DNA of 64,000 nt. Origin: Thermoplasmata archaeon. Lineage in GTDB: Archaea; Thermoplasmatota; Thermoplasmata; Lutacidiplasmatales; UBA184. The translations under genes were made by a program, and so were the position numbers. Shown here piece by piece: positions 62,174 through 64,000 of this stretch (positions are counted from its first letter, which is position 1; the number at the start of each line of letters is the position of its first letter). Location: positions 9,791-73,790 of the forward strand of contig DASPQC010000009.1 of assembly GCA_035625165.1 (NCBI GenBank), in the 5' to 3' direction. The notes below the pieces were generated by a model. That model did no database searches. It had not been told where the DNA came from and saw only the letters and a program-made list of their open reading frames with translations.

Positions 62174-62464
62174 ATGGGAACCGCGATGGTTCAAGTCGAC
62201 ATCGACATCGCGAAGTGCACCGGCTGTTCGCACTGCAAGGACGTTTGCCCCGTGAACGTCTTCGAGCTCCGCCCCCGGGACCAGGTCCCGGACGTCGTGG
62301 ACGACGCGGCCGTCGGCGCGAAGTTCCAGTTCCGGGGGGAGAAGTCGCTCGCGGTCCTCGGGCCGGAGTGCATCGTCTGCGAGGCGTGCCTCTTCGAGTG
62401 CGAGGGGGAGTGCATCCTCATCACGGACGAAGAGGGAAACGTCCACCGCTCCGTCTACAAGTAG
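62174..62464 (+). CDS. 4Fe-4S dicluster ferredoxin-like protein
   Basis: 'CTGCSHCKDVCP' and 'CIVCEACLFECEGEC'. ATG 62174, with ATG 62186 as the alternative. Confidence 0.75.
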   Translation: MGTAMVQVDIDIAKCTGCSHCKDVCPVNVFELRPRDQVPDVVDDAAVGAKFQFRGEKSLAVLGPECIVCEACLFECEGECILITDEEGNVHRSVYK

Positions 62465-62476
62465 GGGGGCGGTCCG

Positions 62477-63154
62477 ATGGGTTCCTCGGCCCGGTTCTTC
62501 CGTTCGCCGGACAAGCTCCGCGCCTGGTTCGAAGCGCACCACGCCGACGAACGGGAGCTCTGGGTCGGCTTCCACAAGGCGCACACCGGTCGGGTGGGGG
62601 TCGACTACGTCGCGGCCGTCGAGGAGGCACTCTGTTTCGGCTGGATCGACACGACGGTCCGACGACTGGACGAGGACCGGTACGCCCACCGCTTCGCGCC
62701 CCGCCGGCGGGGGAGTCAGTGGAGCGCCGTCAACCGCGAGCGCTTCGCACGCCTCCTTCGCGAAGGCCGGATGGCGCCGGCCGGAAGACGCGCTTTTGCC
62801 GAACGCACGGAGGATCGCTCGACCTCCGACGCGCGTCGACCTAGCGACCTCGCCCCCGACCAGCTCGCCCGCCTTCGCGCGGACCCGAACGCCTGGGGTT
62901 ACTACTCCCGACAACCTCCGAGCTATCGGCGCCTGGCCGCCTACTGGGTCTTAAGCGCCGTTCGACCCGAGACCCGGGAGCGGCGGCTCCGGGAGCTCGT
63001 CGTCGCGTCCGCGGCCGACACGCGGCCCCGCGCCTTCCAGGTGGCCCGAGAGGACCGGACCGCTCCTTCCGAGGCCCGGGCCCGGGCGAAGAAGGGCGTC
63101 CGGACCGCTCCCGCGCGCCGTCGCCGGCGAGGCGGGTCGGGAGCGCTTAAATAG
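62477..63154 (+). CDS. YdeI/OmpD-associated family protein
   Basis: 'FFRSPDKLRAWFEAHH', 'ELWVGFHK', 'EEALCFGWID' and 'YRRLAAYWV'. Confidence 0.6.
   Translation: MGSSARFFRSPDKLRAWFEAHHADERELWVGFHKAHTGRVGVDYVAAVEEALCFGWIDTTVRRLDEDRYAHRFAPRRRGSQWSAVNRERFARLLREGRMAPAGRRAFAERTEDRSTSDARRPSDLAPDQLARLRADPNAWGYYSRQPPSYRRLAAYWVLSAVRPETRERRLRELVVASAADTRPRAFQVAREDRTAPSEARARAKKGVRTAPARRRRRGGSGALK
63146..63154 (+). promoter_or_regulatory. Candidate TATA box for atpF-atpA
   Basis: CTTAAATAG overlaps the stop codon of the preceding gene and is centred about 28 nt upstream of GTG 63178. Confidence 0.4.
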
Positions 63155-63177
63155 CGGAGAAACCCGCCGCTTCCGCC

Positions 63178-63516
63178 GTGCCCGAGGCGCCGAACGATCG
63201 CGGGGAGACCGTTGTGCTCGGCGAGCGTGAGCTCGCGATCGGCTTCCGCCTGATCGGGCTCAAGGACGTGATCGACGTCACGCCCGAGAACATGGTCGAG
63301 CAGTTCGAGCGCGTGATGGACGAGGGGCGGTACAACCTCGTTATCGCCAGCCAATCGATCCGCGCCCGCCTTTCCGATTCCCAGCGGCTGGCGGCAGACA
63401 GCTCCCTCCGACCGCTGGTGGTCTTCGTCCCGACCCCGTCCGGTGAGTACGAGGTCGAAAGCATCAACGCGCTGGCGAAGCGCGTCCTGGGCGTCACGCT
63501 CCAAGTGCCGGCATAG
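63178..63516 (+). CDS. atpF: A-type (A1Ao) ATP synthase subunit F
   Basis: '[17 protein letters not shown]', '[10 protein letters not shown]' and 'PLVVFVP'. GTG 63178 lies about 28 nt downstream of a CTTAAATAG box, with GTG 63214 as the alternative. Confidence 0.8.
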   Translation: MPEAPNDRGETVVLGERELAIGFRLIGLKDVIDVTPENMVEQFERVMDEGRYNLVIASQSIRARLSDSQRLAADSSLRPLVVFVPTPSGEYEVESINALAKRVLGVTLQVPA

Positions 63517-63529
63517 TTCGGAGAAGAAG

Positions 63530-64000
63530 ATGGCAGGGGTCGTGGGTCGAGTTTCCGGTCCGGTCGTCATCGCCGAAGGCCTCGTGGACGCAAAGATGTA
63601 CGACGTCGTCCGCGTTGGGTCGCTCGGCCTCGTGGGGGAAATCATCCGTTTGGTCGGGGGGACCGCGACCGTCCAGGTCTACGAGGACACGACCGGGATT
63701 CGACCCGGAGACCCGGTGGAGACGACGGGCCAAGCGCTCAGCGTCGAGCTCGGACCGGGCCTCCTCGCGTCCATCTACGACGGGGTCCAGCGACCGCTCG
63801 ATGTGATTCAGAAGAGCGCGGGCGACTTCATCACTCGAGGGTTCGTCGCGGCGCCGCTCGACGAGAAGAAGGTCTGGGCGTTCACCGCCACAGCGAAACC
63901 GGGGAGCGAGGTCACTCCCGGGACGATCGTTGGAACCGTCCAGGAGACCGAGCTCATCCTCCACAGGATCCTGATCCCGCCCAACGTCTCGGGAACGCTG
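63530..64000 (+). CDS. atpA: A-type ATP synthase catalytic subunit A (N-terminal fragment; continues past window end)
   Basis: My translation from ATG 63530 begins [63 protein letters not shown]..., the typical N-terminal beta-barrel of subunit A. It is absent from the ORF track because there is no stop within the window. Confidence 0.9.
   Translation, partial: MAGVVGRVSGPVVIAEGLVDAKMYDVVRVGSLGLVGEIIRLVGGTATVQVYEDTTGIRPGDPVETTGQALSVELGPGLLASIYDGVQRPLDVIQKSAGDFITRGFVAAPLDEKKVWAFTATAKPGSEVTPGTIVGTVQETELILHRILIPPNVSGTL

Noticed and set aside
61232-62914. 560-aa minus-strand ORF
   Set aside because: It runs out of frame through the DUF72 gene and antisense through the ferredoxin-like and YdeI-like genes, all of which have recognisable motifs.
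1-64000. Searched by eye for rRNA genes, CRISPR arrays, IS elements or transposases, integrases, prophage or defence-system hallmarks, and inteins in polB, gyrA and carB
   Set aside because: None found. Gene content is housekeeping or metabolic, with no direct or inverted terminal repeats noticed. The large proteins have normal lengths and uninterrupted motifs. A computational repeat search was not possible.

Overview
Very GC-rich (by eye, not computed), extremely gene-dense archaeal chromosomal segment. Archaeal hallmarks include Alba, TFS, RpoL, Sm/L37e, S15, ArcS, Hef-like helicase, single-OB SSB and A-type ATPase F/A. Together with gyrase A and AsnRS these suggest a Thermoplasmatota-like euryarchaeon, which is inference only. 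From motifs read by eye I can support 68 protein-coding genes and 2 tRNAs (Leu-GAG, Val-UAC). I also see a set of A/T-rich TATA-like boxes about 25-32 nt upstream of start codons, suggesting mostly leaderless transcripts. I saw no rRNA, CRISPR array, transposase, integrase or prophage signature. Many long ORFs in the track are GC-driven antisense or out-of-frame artefacts, and many true starts lie internal to the track ORFs. The top lead is a phosphate/polyphosphate neighbourhood (25.7-31.3 kb). In it, Ppx/GppA is translationally coupled to two thymidylate-kinase-like paralogs, one with a GKS P-loop and one with GRT, and sits divergent to a CHAD-domain gene. I read this as a candidate heteromeric polyphosphate kinase module. 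The second lead is a tight six-gene minus-strand operon (54.0-61.2 kb). It combines a RadA/RadB-like protein lacking a Walker A motif, a 69-aa ORF, a motif-divergent family-B DNA polymerase, a HEAT-repeat protein, a double GNAT and an unknown 436-aa protein. Other notes cover a tRNA-Val overlapped by ORFs on both strands, convergent gene overlaps that create low-complexity C-terminal tails, tandem wHTH paralogs upstream of rps15-recJ-gyrA, and several unusual domain fusions. All homology calls come from recalled family motifs. No searches or computations were run.
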